Source: Azolla caroliniana (Eukaryota; Plantae; Polypodiophyta). From it: a DNA stretch of 64,000 bases. The stretch covers positions 18,972,001 through 19,036,000 of the forward strand of contig JBHGNT010000010.1 in the NCBI GenBank assembly GCA_043228905.1. The letters are read 5' to 3'. Shown in pieces: positions 20,449 to 34,849 of this stretch. Every line of letters starts with the position of its first letter. The stretch's first letter is position 1. A model generated the notes under the pieces. The model ran no database searches, had not been told where the DNA came from, and saw only the letters and a list, made by a program, of their open reading frames with translations. The position numbers and the translations under genes are program-made.

Positions 20449-23400
20449 AATATTCTTACTTTAACATAAGATTATGCATGGTGATGTTGCTATCTATAAG
20501 TGGTACTTTTTGGCTTTGAGTTAATTAGTAGGGGATGAATATATCAATTACAAGATTTTATGATGAGTTTCGCTATGATATCCTTGAGTGTTTTTTACCT
20601 TGAAATGGTCGCTAGCATCATATGTGCTACCCAGTTTGAGGGAAGTATTTCACATGTGACAATTATGCACAAAAGGTCTAATCATTTATTGTTGGGCACC
20701 ACATTGTAGCAAAATGCTAGTGAATCGCCACATGCAATGACTTGTTAGGGCCATGTATAGTTTTTATTCAATATTTTAAAATGAGTGTTATAAGTAAGAA
20801 AGCGTCAAGACTTATAAAATCAATAAAACACAGTACAAACTAGCAGTTCTCAAGTAACATTAAATCAACTTCTCACAGGGTTTGAACTGCTAGCACAAAT
20901 AATTGAGTTTTTAGTAAACTTCTTTCTATTACAACAATTCTCATTCATCATGAGTTGTTATTTGCATAATCAATCCAATAAACTACTCTTTGTTTATGGA
21001 TAAAATATCAATGTGGATCTTTTGCTCATCTCCATTTTCAAGTTAAGAGCTCTTTTCCAATCCATTTGTTCTTTTATTCTTCTATACCTTTACGCAAGTT
21101 CAAGGGTTTATCTTATCCAAGGGCTTCAAATATTTACTTTTCACAGTCACAAGGAATAAAATATTCTCATCGTTTTATTGCCAAGATAAGTGGTATGGAA
21201 ATGTTAACTACCATGAACTATTTGTCAATCTTTTTTTTTTCCAAAAAAACATTGCTTCGCATTAGTTTGCAAACAAAGTACATCAAAGTTCAACCATTAA
21301 GATCCACAAGGCCTAACCTTAGGGAGATCTATATATCCAACAACTCCGAAAACCAGCAGCAAATTCAGCAAAACTCACGTTGGCCTTCCCCTCACAAATC
21401 TTATCATAATCCCATCTAGCTTCATGATATGTAAACATCATGAGGACGTGGTTTCCAAGCTTCACATAGTTTACAAATTTCTTATCAATTCAACACAATA
21501 ATCTCTTCCGATATATGGCCTTTAGAATGTCATTTGTCTTGCTTCTTTTGTCACATGTTTAGTGGTGCAACATATGAATATCTCATCAAGTTATAACATT
21601 GACTTAGTAAAAGAATACTATATTTGAAATAGAGGTGGTAAACACATATGACCAATATAACATAATGTGAAATGCACAATAAGAATATTTTAGTGAAATA
21701 CATGCTAAGAAATAATTCAATTCGTTCTTTTTAATATAATTTTTATATTACATATTTTAAGTAGTCAAAAAATTCCCAAAGCTCTGAGTTTGAATAATGC
21801 ATGATATAGATTTTTTTATTGTACAACAATCAACATCGTTGGACTTTTAGACTTCAATTAGCAAGAGAGAAAATCAATGGACTTTTGATTGTTTTAAATT
21901 TACACAGAAGCATAAATATTTTGCAGTTACAACAACACAACAACATGAGATTGACTCACCGCCCAACCATCCATTATATAATCATCTCCATCGACGTGCA
22001 ATATTTTTCTATGTTTCACACATGGGGTTTGCATTCCCTCATGCCTTTATACACATGTTTGATTATTATGTTATGACCATTGTAGTGCTCATGTCCGTCG
22101 ACAATGTATTAGGCATTTCATTAATTATGGGTGTTCTCTCTTTAGAATAGTAGTGTAAATTTTTGAGCTTTGAAGATAAGACATTTATCTTATTCCTTGT
22201 ATGAGAGAATTCTATTTTTGAATTATATGTGTCTGTTGTCAAGGTTTGTTAAAAAGTGTGAAATGCATGTTTCTTACTCTCTCATGTAAATGGAATGAGA
22301 AAGGCATGTGATCGTGTCCAAGTAAATGCAAATTGGTGAGTTGGACCTGCTTTTACACTAAATTCACATAATCCAAGCAAAATCAGGAGGTTGGAAGAAA
22401 GGGGCAAATACAAATGCATAACACAACAAGAAAAAGAAAACAAAGAGCATGTTAAAATGATTTGTTCTTCATCATCCACATGTGGGCAGATAAAGAAATC
22501 CATGGGATAGGAAGAAGGGTTAAATGATTGCAAGTGGTTCGAAGTCATACAAGTGAAACCAAGAAAGTGTCATTATGGAAGGACTAAAATGTATGCCACA
22601 TTTCCAACTGAAATGGAAGAGTTTAAAACTAGGTCAAATGTTGTCATTGAAAAGGATATTATTTTCTTTTCACATCTCATGTAATCCAACATTACGTAAT
22701 TTTGAGGAAACCCATTGATAGTGCCATTTCACAAAGCATACATACCCTCCTAGTTTGTATCGAGTATTTCGTAGATTGTTTAAATTATCTATTAATAATC
22801 AATAATGCTATAACCAAGATGAACTTCTCTCATTGTCTTAGGGTAAGGAACTCAATGTGACCTTAAGACAATAAAGGTAGTCCATTGAAACAAACCCTAC
22901 ATTGGCATATTGTAATTAACTAGTGTAATACTAGAGGTGTTATAAATAAAGCCAATCTAGAAGCTATAAAAACGCATGGCTTAGTCATTTGAGGCTATTT
23001 TACTCATTAGTGCATTGCCTTGAAATTTTAAAAGGATTGTTGGGTTACTTAAGAAACACAAAAAGTCTTCCTTTTTTATTCACCGACATTAAAGAAGGAC
23101 AATATATTTCTACTTACATTTGCAAGTTACTTACAAGAAATTGTGTTCATCCTACAACATTACGTTGTTTTATATGACATTCATTTGTATATGCAATGTG
23201 CACTACTTAGTGTTCATATATGCACTAACAAGTGTACATCTACATGATTTTGCACCTGTTAGCTGAAAAGCAAAAGCAAAACTCAGAGAAGATTGCATAC
23301 ATATGGGGTATACGATACCATAATTTCAATACCCAATTTGGAAGGTCCATGTGTTTGATTATGGAAGACATTGGATGAGCTAACTATTTGAATCTTGGAG

Positions 23401-26018
23401 TAAAATATCAAAGATTGTTGAGTCCTTAGCAAAGGTCCATGGAAAATAATATCAATAGGGTAAGAGGAGATTGGTCTAGGAGTATAAAATGGAATAATTC
23501 AAAGTTATAGGAGGCTTTCAAGAATGAAAGAACGAATGAGATGTATATTAAATTTTGTTCTCATAAAACAAATGTCACACGCACATGAAGAGTAGGAACT
23601 CCTTTTTCTGAAGCGAAATGGCACCAACAACCGCTCATACATCAAGCATCAAGTTAGGCAACATTCGTTGTAGGCCACAAGAGTCGCCTCGTATTGGCTA
23701 ACACTGAAGGGCACCAATTTTAGCTATAGGTATCTATTTACATTAAGTAGTCTGTTCGAAAGGCTATGTATGTCGTCTCATTTTCTTGAACTTGGTCGGA
23801 GGGTGATTCCCCGATTTATGTATAAGCCACCTTATATAGTCTCTCTATAATAACCTCTCCTAACTAATGGGAAAGTAGCTTCATTTTGGCAAAAAAAATA
23901 AAGTTAGGCAGCATTACTTTTATCCCTCGTGTTTCCTTTGGAAAGTCGCATTCCCCAAACCTCCACAAAAGTGGGACCGTTTGAAAACCACAAGTCTACT
24001 CTCTTTTATTTGTGCTCTTAACAAATAATGTCTCTACTATATCCATTACTTTCCCGTACTCCTCTCCCCCCTTTCTATCACTTCACCCACACGTCTCAGT
24101 ATTTTGTTTCTAACCTTGACACAAAATGTAGCTAGTGTTAACCGTACATTTATCGTTCACTCCGTACATTATCAATCCCTCTGGCCCCTTCGCTTTCTAC
24201 ATTGCCTTATATCAATAACATGGGTTGTCTCTTTGATCATTGCCCAACCAAAACACCAAAGACTTCTCTAATGAATACTCTGTCATTTGTGTGTAAAACT
24301 ATATTGATATAGTAAACCCAAATGTACTCCCATTACTTCTTGATTCATACATGCTACTCTTTTATCTAAGTTGTATCATAATCTCTCATTCATGAACTTT
24401 TATAGGACTAGTCCCTTTGTACACAAACATGCATACAAACACACATGTTGATGTTAAGCCTTCACAAACATTCACCAATGTATCCCCCCCCCCCCCCCCC
24501 ACATACCCAATGCACCAACATCAAGCAATTCCATGAAGTTTGGCACATCTAGAGGCTAGCGTCATCACTTAAGAACGTATTCATTCTCTCTACATAAAGA
24601 CAAGAGCAACCTTAAGGAAAATTACACGATTCATAATTTGCTACACAGTTAGTTTAGTGGAGCGGAATGTCGCAATGCTTGTTATATGTTGGCATAGGTC
24701 ATGTTTATGATATCTCATGGCCAATGTATATTTGTCATTTCACAAAGAATGGATATATGTAGGGACCTAAAAGTCCTCCTACATTTAACTAAACTAAAAT
24801 AATTCAAAGTGAACATCCCTATGCTCTCAAATATTATGAAAAGTATAACTAAAACGCATAAACAAACATAGTGATTTTCGAAAAAATGGAATTATTTGTA
24901 GCACACTAAAGAGCTCATAGAGCCTAAAATATGACCCAATTCGAAAAAGTAGATTAATCAAATGCAAGTAACTCTGAACCTAGACGAACTTTACAAAACT
25001 ATAGCCAACAAGCCTTAACTGATAAGCAATGTTGTAGTTCTTGTAGAAAATGGCCATGTGCAAGACAAGATCAATCTACGACAAATGTAAGAATGCTTGC
25101 ATCAGGTGCAATGTGTCTACATGGTTTATCAGCTGCAAGCTAGATTTTCCAAGCTTGTAAAACCCACTCCATGATCTCGCCATCTCCACAAAAACACGCA
25201 CACACTCAACCTTCATTTTCCCGTTCTTACAAAAGAACTACACCCCCCTCTACAACACACAATCTTCATTTTCTCGAGCTTGCAAAAGCACCACAACCCC
25301 TTGTACGACACACACACACTCCGGCAAACAAACAAGCTATGAGAATGAGAACAATTTCTCTCTCAAAAATCTAGCTAGACAATGAGGGGCCTGGGGGATC
25401 ATCTTTACTACTACCAAGTCACAATCAATGACAAAATCCTTGAGAGAGAGAGAGAGAAGCGTGTAAATAGGCAAAAAATCCAGAGTCCTCTTTTCTTCTT
25501 CTACTCCCTCTCCTCCACATTATGTGCTCTTTTTCACTCCCTTTTAGTATTTTGACAAATACATAATGACAAGAAAGAACAATATACATATGTATTATGT
25601 ATATATGCTAATGCCACCCCACACACACACACACACAATAAGATTGACCTCCCCTACTCTTCTTTCTTCTTCTTCTTCTTCTTCTTCTTAAAAAACATAC
25701 TTTCTTTCCTTCATTCCATCTTATAAGCTAGCCAGCTTGGAATTAATGTCAAGTCATCCCTCTCCTCTCTCTCATTCTCTCGCTCTCACCCATGTAGAGA
25801 AGATAGCCTTGTAACACATCTTTCTCTTGTCTCATTCTTCATGCTTCTCGGCTCTCGACAACTATAGTTGTTCGTCATTGTCATCACCTATCTATCTATC
25901 TATCTATCTCTTCATTTCCTCTTGTTTGGGATATTGTGCTCCCTTTCTCGACTCCCATAGTCACCATTTCCCCCCTTGTCGTGGGCATCTTCGCCGACTA
26001 CTCCCCCGTGTTCACACC

Positions 26019-29000
26019 ATGGGCCGCACTTCCACCGCCTCCGATTTGTCGATTGGCCGACAACCGATGGCCGACATGGAGAGCGGAACGTTCGGCCAGC
26101 TCGTGGATTTCTGGTTCCGCATCCGGGCTCCAGTTGTCGCACCACTTCTCCAAATCTCCATCCACATATGCTTGGTCATGGTCATCATGATGTTTGTAGA
26201 GAGGGTCTACATGTGCGCCGTGATCGTGCTCGTGAAGCTATTCCGTCAGAAACCTGAGAAGCGATATAAGTTCGAGCCGATTCGAGATGATGTGGAGCTA
26301 GCCAACTCCGGTTACCCAAAGGTTTTGGTTCAAATCCCCATGTATAATGAAAGAGAGGTATTGATCACAATAATACTTCATCAATGCAAATGTTAATGTT
26401 AATGTTGCTAATGTTAATGTTAATGTTAATGTTAATGTTAATGCCAATCCCAATGCTTATAACATTGATGTTCATGTATTTATAGGTTTATCAGTTATCT
26501 ATTGGAGCTGCTTGTGGGCTTTCTTGGCCTTCGGATCGAATCATAGTGCAAGTGTTGGACGATTCAACCGATATCTCAATCAAGGTAATAATTAGTTTTG
26601 TCCGAACTTATTATATGCTTCATGTTATTGCTCAATTCAATCATTTATTTAACCACGATGATGCGGCATTTCGTAATCACTTCAATATCATGACAATGAG
26701 ATTCCCGGAATCTATCGGGGTTGATCATGGATCAATCGTGTGGGTACCCCCCCCCCCCCCCCCCAAGGAATATTGACACAAAGTTATGTGTTAAATTTGT
26801 AGGAGATGGTGCAAATGGAGTGTCAGAAATGGGCAAACAAAGGGATCGACATAAAGTACGAGGTGAGGGACAATCGGAGCGGGTACAAGGCGGGGGCTCT
26901 CAAAGAAGGATTGAGGAGAAGCTATGTGAGGGAGTGTGAATATGTAGTGATCTTCGATGCCGATTTCCAACCCGACCCCGAATTCCTCTGGCGAACCGTG
27001 CCTTTCCTTATGTACAACCCCGAGCTCGCCCTTGTTCAAGCTAGATGGAAATTCGGTAAAGACATCATCTAAAGTTACCACTAATGCATAGGCTCCAATC
27101 CACAATGTGTTTTAGTGTTGATCATTGTGATAAACTCATTGATCATGGTGACAAGCTCATTGATCATGGTGATAAACTGTAACAAAAGTTGTGTTTTAGT
27201 TAGCGATTTTACCATCATTTAATCGATGAAATGCCTCTTAATTCATCGTTAATGTGACGACTAGTCGTAGCGTAAACCGATGCTGAAACATTTCGAGATT
27301 CATTGCAATTAAGCAGTTGGCCTAAATGAATCGGATCGGATGCCATAACCTTAATAAATCCAATGGAATGTCATAGCCTAAATGAATCCAATTGGCCTAA
27401 ATGAATCCGATCGGGTGCCATAAAATTAATAAATCCAATGGAATACCATAGCCTAAATGAATCCACTGGGATGCCTTAGCCCTAATGAACTCTATCCTGA
27501 AATTCATTTCTTCCTAAAGACTCCATCCATCCATCCAGTCAATCAATCCTAAACTCTATAAAGAAAGAACAATTAAATCTAATGCTGTATTGTAGTGTCA
27601 TTTAATCAAAGCCAAAAGTATGTGTGGCGCTACTTATTATAATCCTTCAATTTCATATGTAAAGTAAGTGGGTCTATTTAGGGGCATGCTTTTAATTATA
27701 TATATCTTCATTTGTGCAAAATTTAAATGCCATTTATAAATGTAAATTACTTATCTTGCTTTATTGTTTAGTTAATTTGCTTATTTCTTACTTCATAGAA
27801 AGCAAAGACAAAAACAGAAAACAAATAACAAATAAAAAAATTTGGTGCATTTGCTTCTTTAGTGTTATTTATTTAATAATTGTTTCATTTGCTTGATTAA
27901 TCGAATTAATCATTTATGTATTTTCCTATGTAACTTATTTTATAATTGATTAAAATCATTCTAATTATTTATTTGTGTATGTACTTGCAGTAAATGCTGA
28001 TGAATGTCTGATGACCAGGATGCAGGAGATGTCTCTCTTCTACCACTTCTCTGTTGAGCAAGAAGTGGGGTCCTCCACCCATGCTTTCTTTGGATTCAAT
28101 GGTGAGCTAAACGCAAAAAGCAAAAAGCAAAAAGCAAAAGCAAGAAGAAACAAGACCAAAAACCAATGTTTAGTTATAGCTTGACTTTTTTAATATTGTT
28201 CAACTTGCTAGTCAAAGTCCCATCTTGACTATTTTTCTTGAGTCAAGAATGACACTATATGGTCTGTCCTTTCTCTTCTTCTTCTTCTTCTTCTTCTTCT
28301 TCTTCTTCCTCCTTAAAGGACAAACTATTTTTCATCTTCTTCAGCTACAATGATTAACCATTAATCTGAATTGACGGAATTAATCAATATTGATCATGAG
28401 AATTGTAACCTAATTTAGTCAAGTCAATATTGATCGTCAACAAGCTATCATAAAGTGACAAAAAAGAAAATAATTATATTGACCAACCCAGTAGATGGGG
28501 TGTCATTGTTTAATATTTGATTACCTTGTCTACTAGCTCATGGATGAATCGTGCTTAAAGAATCTTAATTTATAAGAATGATTTATTATTCGTTACGCTA
28601 ATGATTAAGTGCAATTCCTTTTAAATTTCAAGACAAAAAACACATTCTAAGTTGTGTCAAGGTTCAAGTAATTCCTTCACTCGTAGTTGGATCCTAAAAA
28701 TGGAGTGAATGTTCAAACCAAAGTCTAGATTCATAAATTTGGTTAATGTTTTGAATCAAAGCTTTGATACATCTCTTTTTTCGATTGCAAGAGCCAATGT
28801 TAAAATACATTGTTTTTATAGGTACTGCCGGTTTATGGCGCATTAATGCAATCAACGAATCCGGGGGATGGAAGGATAGGACTACTGTAGAGGACATGGA
28901 TTTAGCTGTCCGGGCAAGTCTGAAAGGGTGGAAGTTTGTCTACCTCAATGATCTAGGGGTGGGTAAATCATAAAAACACAACAAAACACAAAAAAACCAA

Positions 29001-31136
29001 ACTTTTGGAACAATTACTAGAATACCCCTCAGTTCTCAAAACACTACCTTCTAGAGTACAAAATTTATGCCTATGATCGGGAATTCATGTAGTATTTTGA
29101 AAATGCTTGGCTATTCTAGTAATTGCCAAACAAGTTCGGGGTATTTTAGGTGTTTTCCCCTAAATAGTGCATCCTTTTTGCTTTTCTAATTTTAATTTTC
29201 GAAGGCCCCTTTCACATTAACTACAGTCATTTCCTTTTTTCTTCTTGTATAGGTGAAGAATGAACTTCCTAGTACATTCAAGGCCTTTCGATACCAACAA
29301 CATCGGTGGTCTTGTGGCCCTGCTAATCTTTTTCGAAAACTCCTCCCAGAAATCATTTCAAACCAGGTTAGGGAGAGGAAAGACTTTAATTGTATATTAT
29401 TGCTATGCATACATACATGCATGGACAACTCATGGATTAATGCAATGCAATGCAATGCATGTATCCATACATGGAAGCAATGTAACGTGTATACCTACGT
29501 ATATGGATGAATGTGATGTATGTGTGCATGCAATATATGTATGTACACACATTTACATATGTATAACATGTGAAGGATGAAATTATATATGTAATGCATG
29601 TTTCTATGTTTTATATATTATATATACATGTGTAAATGCATTCATGGATGTATGTATAAATGGGTAAATGCATGCATATACACATTTATGCATGTGTAAA
29701 ATGTGAAGGATGAAATTTTATACTCTAAGGCACGTTTATATGTTTTACACATTATATACATATACATGTGTAGATGCATTTATGGATGAAAGTTTATATG
29801 TATGTATTCACATTTATGCATGTATAACATGTGAAGGATGAAATTTTATAATTTAATGCATGTTTATATGTTTTATACATGATATATACATGTGTACATG
29901 CATTCAAGGATGTATGTATAAACGACTGAATGCATATATGTGTGTGTTTCTGTAATATTACAACGTATGTGCCTCTTCTTAATTGATTTTGGGTTTTTCA
30001 GAAAGTTGGGCTTTGGAAGAAGGCCCACATATTGTACGCCTTCTTTGTCGTAAGGAAGATTGTGGCACACATTGTCACATTCTTCTTTTATTGTCTTGTC
30101 ATTCCAACGACAGTGCTTGTTCCAGAGGTTCACCTACCACGGTGGGGTGCTATCTATATGCCATCAATCATCACTATCCTAAATGCGGCATGCACTTTAA
30201 GGTAACTTACCCCCCAATATAAAGAATTAGAATCACATGTTAGAGCACATTGTACAATACAAAAATGGGCCTTTAAACATTCCACTAAAACCTACATCCA
30301 TGAGATTGCTTGACCTATGTTATACTTGTAAAACTTTAATATGGATTCAACGTTCAATGAATGGGAGAAAGAGCACCTTTCCCATAGTTTTAAGAAATGG
30401 AACAATCAAATTTCTTTTGTGTTTGAGATGATGTGTACTAATCATTGGTTCCTAAAACAATGGTGTTGAAAACAATTCGCTTGTAAATATGGCTTTACAA
30501 ATACACTTTCCAAAACTCAAGGAGTGCACATTTGACTATTTAAAACAAAATATGGCTTTATGAATTCACTTTCTAGAACCCAAGGGTTGAATATGATGTC
30601 GTCGACTTTTAAAATATGGCTTAAAAAAATGTCAAATGTCAAGTGATAATGCTAACATTGTTTCCTTATGGTCAATCAACATCAAGGTCATTGCATTTGA
30701 TCGTGTTTTGGATCTTATTCGAGAATGTGATGTCCCTACATAGAACAAAGGCGACTTTTGTTGGGCTTTTTGATCTCAATCGTGTGAATGAGTGGATCGT
30801 CACAGAGAAGCTTGGGGATGCCCTCAAAAGAAAGTTTGGCAAATTCGGAAAGAAAGGAACAATGAAGTTTGGGGAGAGGTAATAAATATGTTTGCACTTC
30901 ATGTTCATTGCATTTCATTCATGTGTGCCTTTGCTAACCAGATGCTCATATTCATTCCTCTTTGGATTTTATATAGGCTACATATATTAGAGTTGCTAGT
31001 TGGGCTCTATATTTTCTTTTGCGCAGTCTATGACTTCAACTTTGGTCACAATCACTTCTATCTATACCTCTTCTTGCAAGCTGGTGCATTTTTCATAATT
31101 GGGTTTGGGTACATTGGTACCTTTGTACCAACTTAG
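26019..31136 (+). CDS. CSLA: Cellulose synthase-like A, glucomannan 4-beta-mannosyltransferase (GT2), 9 exons, 534 aa
   Basis: Exons 26019-26357, 26486-26584, 26803-27055, 27991-28101, 28822-28958, 29253-29366, 30002-30201, 30687-30878 and 30977-31136. All introns are GT-AG and in frame (1605 nt total). Motifs [47 protein letters not shown] and [11 protein letters not shown]. Confidence 0.95.
26390..26445. repeat. (TAATGT)n microsatellite in CSLA intron 1
   Basis: Directly visible hexamer repeat. Confidence 0.9.
27317..27490. repeat. ~75-bp tandem duplication built of ~21-bp subunits in CSLA intron 3
   Basis: TTGGCCTAAATGAATC.GATCGG.TGCCATAA..TTAATAAATCCAATGGAAT..CATAGCCTAAATGAATCCA occurs twice, plus a partial copy. 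Confidence 0.85.
28975..29160. repeat. Imperfect palindrome (MITE-like hairpin) in CSLA intron 5
   Basis: CAATTACTAGAATA (29011-29024) is the reverse complement of TATTCTAGTAATTG (~29113-29126). TCAAAACACTAC pairs with GTAGTATTTTGA. Confidence 0.65.
29400..29945. repeat. AT-rich low-complexity tandem repeat (~130-bp period) in CSLA intron 6
   Basis: ATGTGAAGGATGAAATT recurs at ~29568, 29701 and 29829 within TA/CA/TG-rich sequence. Confidence 0.75.
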
Positions 31137-33189
31137 AAGGGTTGTGCATTTGTTCTTTTGTCAACTACCATTTTTAACAGAATCATCATTGCAAATATGA
31201 GCCAGATTCTTACTTCGAAGAGAAGGTGATCATTCATGATGTTTTCATGGAAATAAAAAAATGGAGGAATTAGAGAATTGACACTCTCATCAACATCACA
31301 AGTTAATGTGTAAAGTGTTGGGAGTTACTTGTGTGAATGTATGATAGGAGGCATTCTTTGTTAGTCTTTCTTTCTCCAGAGTGAGGGTTTATGCATTCCT
31401 TTTATAAATAACGATAATAAGAAATGGCCAAGAAATTGTATCTTCTTGTAAAATTGGTCTACTTGCTTGGAGAGACTTATGACCCCTTGGGACATTGTAC
31501 CCCTCAAAGATCAACACACTTATTGTCATTATAACGACTTTGTGCCACTTAAATGGAAATCAATATATTTAACCAATTTGTTGAAAATGCCCCTTTATAT
31601 ATGTTTTTGCCTCATGACGGGTTTCAACTTCAAATGGTCTTTATTTAAAATTTTAAAGTATAACGACATTTTCGCCGTTCCTATATTAGAAAGAGAAGGT
31701 ACATCTTGTACATATAGCCTTAGGGTGTTTCTTAATACTAATGTAGTCTCCTTTTTTGGAAAAGAAAAAAGAAAAACAATGACATCTTGATATTTCTTTT
31801 GACCTTAGAAAGACGGGTTTTAAGGCCAAAATGGGAAAACGGCCGTCAATGTGCAACCATTTATGTAAGTATATGTATCACACTAAATGCATTATATAAG
31901 TGAGGAATCTCATAGAGCTAAAATATTATAATTCATAATGACATTAAACAAAAAATATTAGTAAACTGACATGATGAAAACCTCAATGATTATTAAGAAT
32001 TGTTTGTTTATTATTTAACATGATCTACAATATACATGGGTCGCTTAAAATATCATGTTATTTAAGACACAATGTCAAATTTTGGCGCAAGCGTGTAAAG
32101 GTTTCATGCCGTTAACTTTATGGTTGACATCATTTTCTTGAGCTTTAAATTTATTCGAGGGTTTTTTATTTTCTTAAAATCAATCTATTTCTCGATTAAA
32201 CGGCAATGAATGAAACTCTTAAATGCTATGCTTGTTATATAAGGATAAGAAGAGGGACTCCTTGTGTGTGACCTTATTGTTGGGACATTATCTGGAACTA
32301 GTAACAAGATTTGCGCACTTCGATGTAGTGATGTGTGCGCCAACATTTTGTTTTAAATGTGTGGTGAGTAATCAACATTTCGAGACCTATGAGATGAGGC
32401 CATACTTAAACTTGTGTATTTTAGCAAACTTTCTCAAATTTAGAAAACTGCAAAGATTAGTAATGCAATTTAAAGCTAGGTGTTTTAGCCTTGTATCCAG
32501 CCTCTATAAAATGTTTTCAAACGTGGGCCATTTACATGAGTAGACTTGCCATTTAGTGAGGCAACTCTAAAAAACCCTAGAACTTGCGTGATGAGAACCC
32601 TAGAAATCGTGTATTTTTATAAAAGTGATAAACATAATAAATATTTGGTATACTTCGTAGAATCCTGTTCACCAAAGAAAATAATTTACTAAAGAGATAA
32701 TGATAATGTCTTTTCTTAGTCAAGATAAGCAATAAATTTTAGAGCTTTAAGTTCAAAATTTTTGAGAAAAGCCATAATGCAAAGCTCCTAGCATCCATTT
32801 AGATAGACAATTTTATATGTACAAAGTTCACTTGTTGTATTTAACATCAAATTTGAACACTTATACTCCCAAACTACAAATGGCAAAAGAATGAGAGTCT
32901 ATGCACCACAAACTTGATGCTTTTGAGGATCATCCATAGCAAATTTGTGACATAGTGGGAAGCAGATTTTGTGACACCTTCACATTAGTGGAGGATCTCT
33001 TATAGAAAACAACTTTCTCCATCAAATTAAAGACATGGAGGTTAACAAGCTAAAACTCTAGAGACTTTGAGGCATCAATGCAATTCCCAAAATAGAAAGG
33101 GAAAGGAGCTTCATAATCATGTGAAAACACTTCCAAAACAAGAAAATTCTTTGATTCGTGTTTCTAATTGTATGCATCATACTTCTACT

Positions 33190-33549
33190 TAGGAGTTGGC
33201 AACAGCTCGACTCAAGCCTAAACCGAACCGTTAAAACCGCTTTTAAATAGTTTAACGGTTTGGTTTAGGCTTGAGCTTCCTTAACCGGTTTGAGTTTGGA
33301 ATGGCAATGGCTCAAGCCGAACCGAACCAATTTGGAACAAACCGGTTAAGGCTTAATTGTCTTGGCTAAACCGGTTGAGGAACTAGTTCTATTCAAGTTT
33401 GGAAATTCTTAAATCGGTCAAGGCTTAACCGGTTTGGTTTGGACAAGGCCAAACAAGTTAAGCCAAAACTAAGTAGTTGTCGATACCTACTTTTGCTACA
33501 AAGACATCCCAAACCAGTTAAGCCGAAACCAAGTTGTTGCCAATTCCTA
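33190..33549. mobile_element. Non-autonomous hAT element (MITE)
   Basis: TIRs TAGGAGTTGGCAACA / TGTTGCCAATTCCTA. Perfect 8-bp TSD CTTCTACT at 33182-33189 and 33550-33557. Internal AAACCG/CGGTTT subterminal motifs. Confidence 0.85.
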
Positions 33550-34849
33550 CTTCTACTGCAAACATATCCCAAACCTATCTTTCTAGACCATCGAGACTCA
33601 TACATGCCTTGTATGAAGATTTATAGGTTCTTGGGGTGTGTAAATATCAATCATTCGATAGGCATTACATTAGAACTAGTTGAAAATCATAATCGCCAAT
33701 TTTGTAGGGTCTTCCATGGGTTACATACCTCTCATGTTAGATTGAATGGGGCATATCAAGGAATCCACAATAATTTGAGCACCAAGCCCCAAAGAAGCAT
33801 TGATAATTGTATTCAATGGTATTTATACAAAGAAGCTTGCTTAATGATAATAAGACACAACCAAGGTCAAGACTATTCTTATCAATCATGGAGAAAGCCT
33901 AGCACAAAATCATGAGAACCTAAGAGGATGATATTGTCCTTTCACATCATTCTTATTATAAGTATAACCATACAAACAAATGTTGAAGGCTTTTTGTATG
34001 CAACTTAAAGGACCCTTTAGGAGAAGTCTTTTAAGAAGTGTGGTGTTATGATAATATGATTGATTCATGGAAATTTGGCCCCATTAAACTTCAATCAATA
34101 TTTTCTTGTCCCATTTCCTTTAGGTAATGGAGACCGGTATCATGACGCATAGTTGGATAAGATTTTTACCAGAGTAATAGCAATTGACTTCAAAAGATGT
34201 TGTGTTTGATTGTGATCCTATGCAATATGGATTTTATTGTGGCATGAACAACATTTATAATGTTTTGGATATACAAAGTGGATGATGTTAAGGAATGGAA
34301 ACAAGAAATTGTATCGATATAATTAGATACGGAGAAGGCTTACAAACATGTAATTACTTGATTATTTCCCAACTTATTTTTCATATGGGTATTGGTGCAA
34401 GGATATTAGGCTTCACTTGTTTCCAGTTGAGAACTGTAGTATCACATTTTATGCTAAATTGTGAAGAGACCAAGATGATACTTTTGAAATGTTTTATGAC
34501 AAGGTGGTCTTTTAAGCCCATTATTGTTTGCCATTGTAGACTCTAGTTTAAGTGTAAGATCATGTAAATCTAAGGACATGTTTGTTGCTTGTAGTGAGAT
34601 TCTATGACCTTAGGCCTAGTCATTTTGCTACTCAAGTTGAAATGGTTGGAGCAATATTTTTTTCCATTACTACCTTGGAAAAAGGAATCACTTGATCGAT
34701 TGACTTGTTCACTGAAGTATACATATGAAAGAAGAGTGAAGGGTGGGTGTTTTTTAAAAATAAATAAATAAATAAAAGGTTCACATTGATATTAATGGAA
34801 AGATGCCCTAAGGCTACAAGGAATTCATACAAGAAAACATAACCATTAT

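Noticed and set aside
25827-26018. Upstream extension of CSLA exon 1 in the ORF track
   Set aside because: It begins at TTG in CT-rich UTR-like sequence; ATG 26019 gives the typical ~534-aa CSLA length.
32820-34700. Possibly very old retroelement-derived sequence around the hAT MITE
   Set aside because: No diagnostic motif could be read with confidence.
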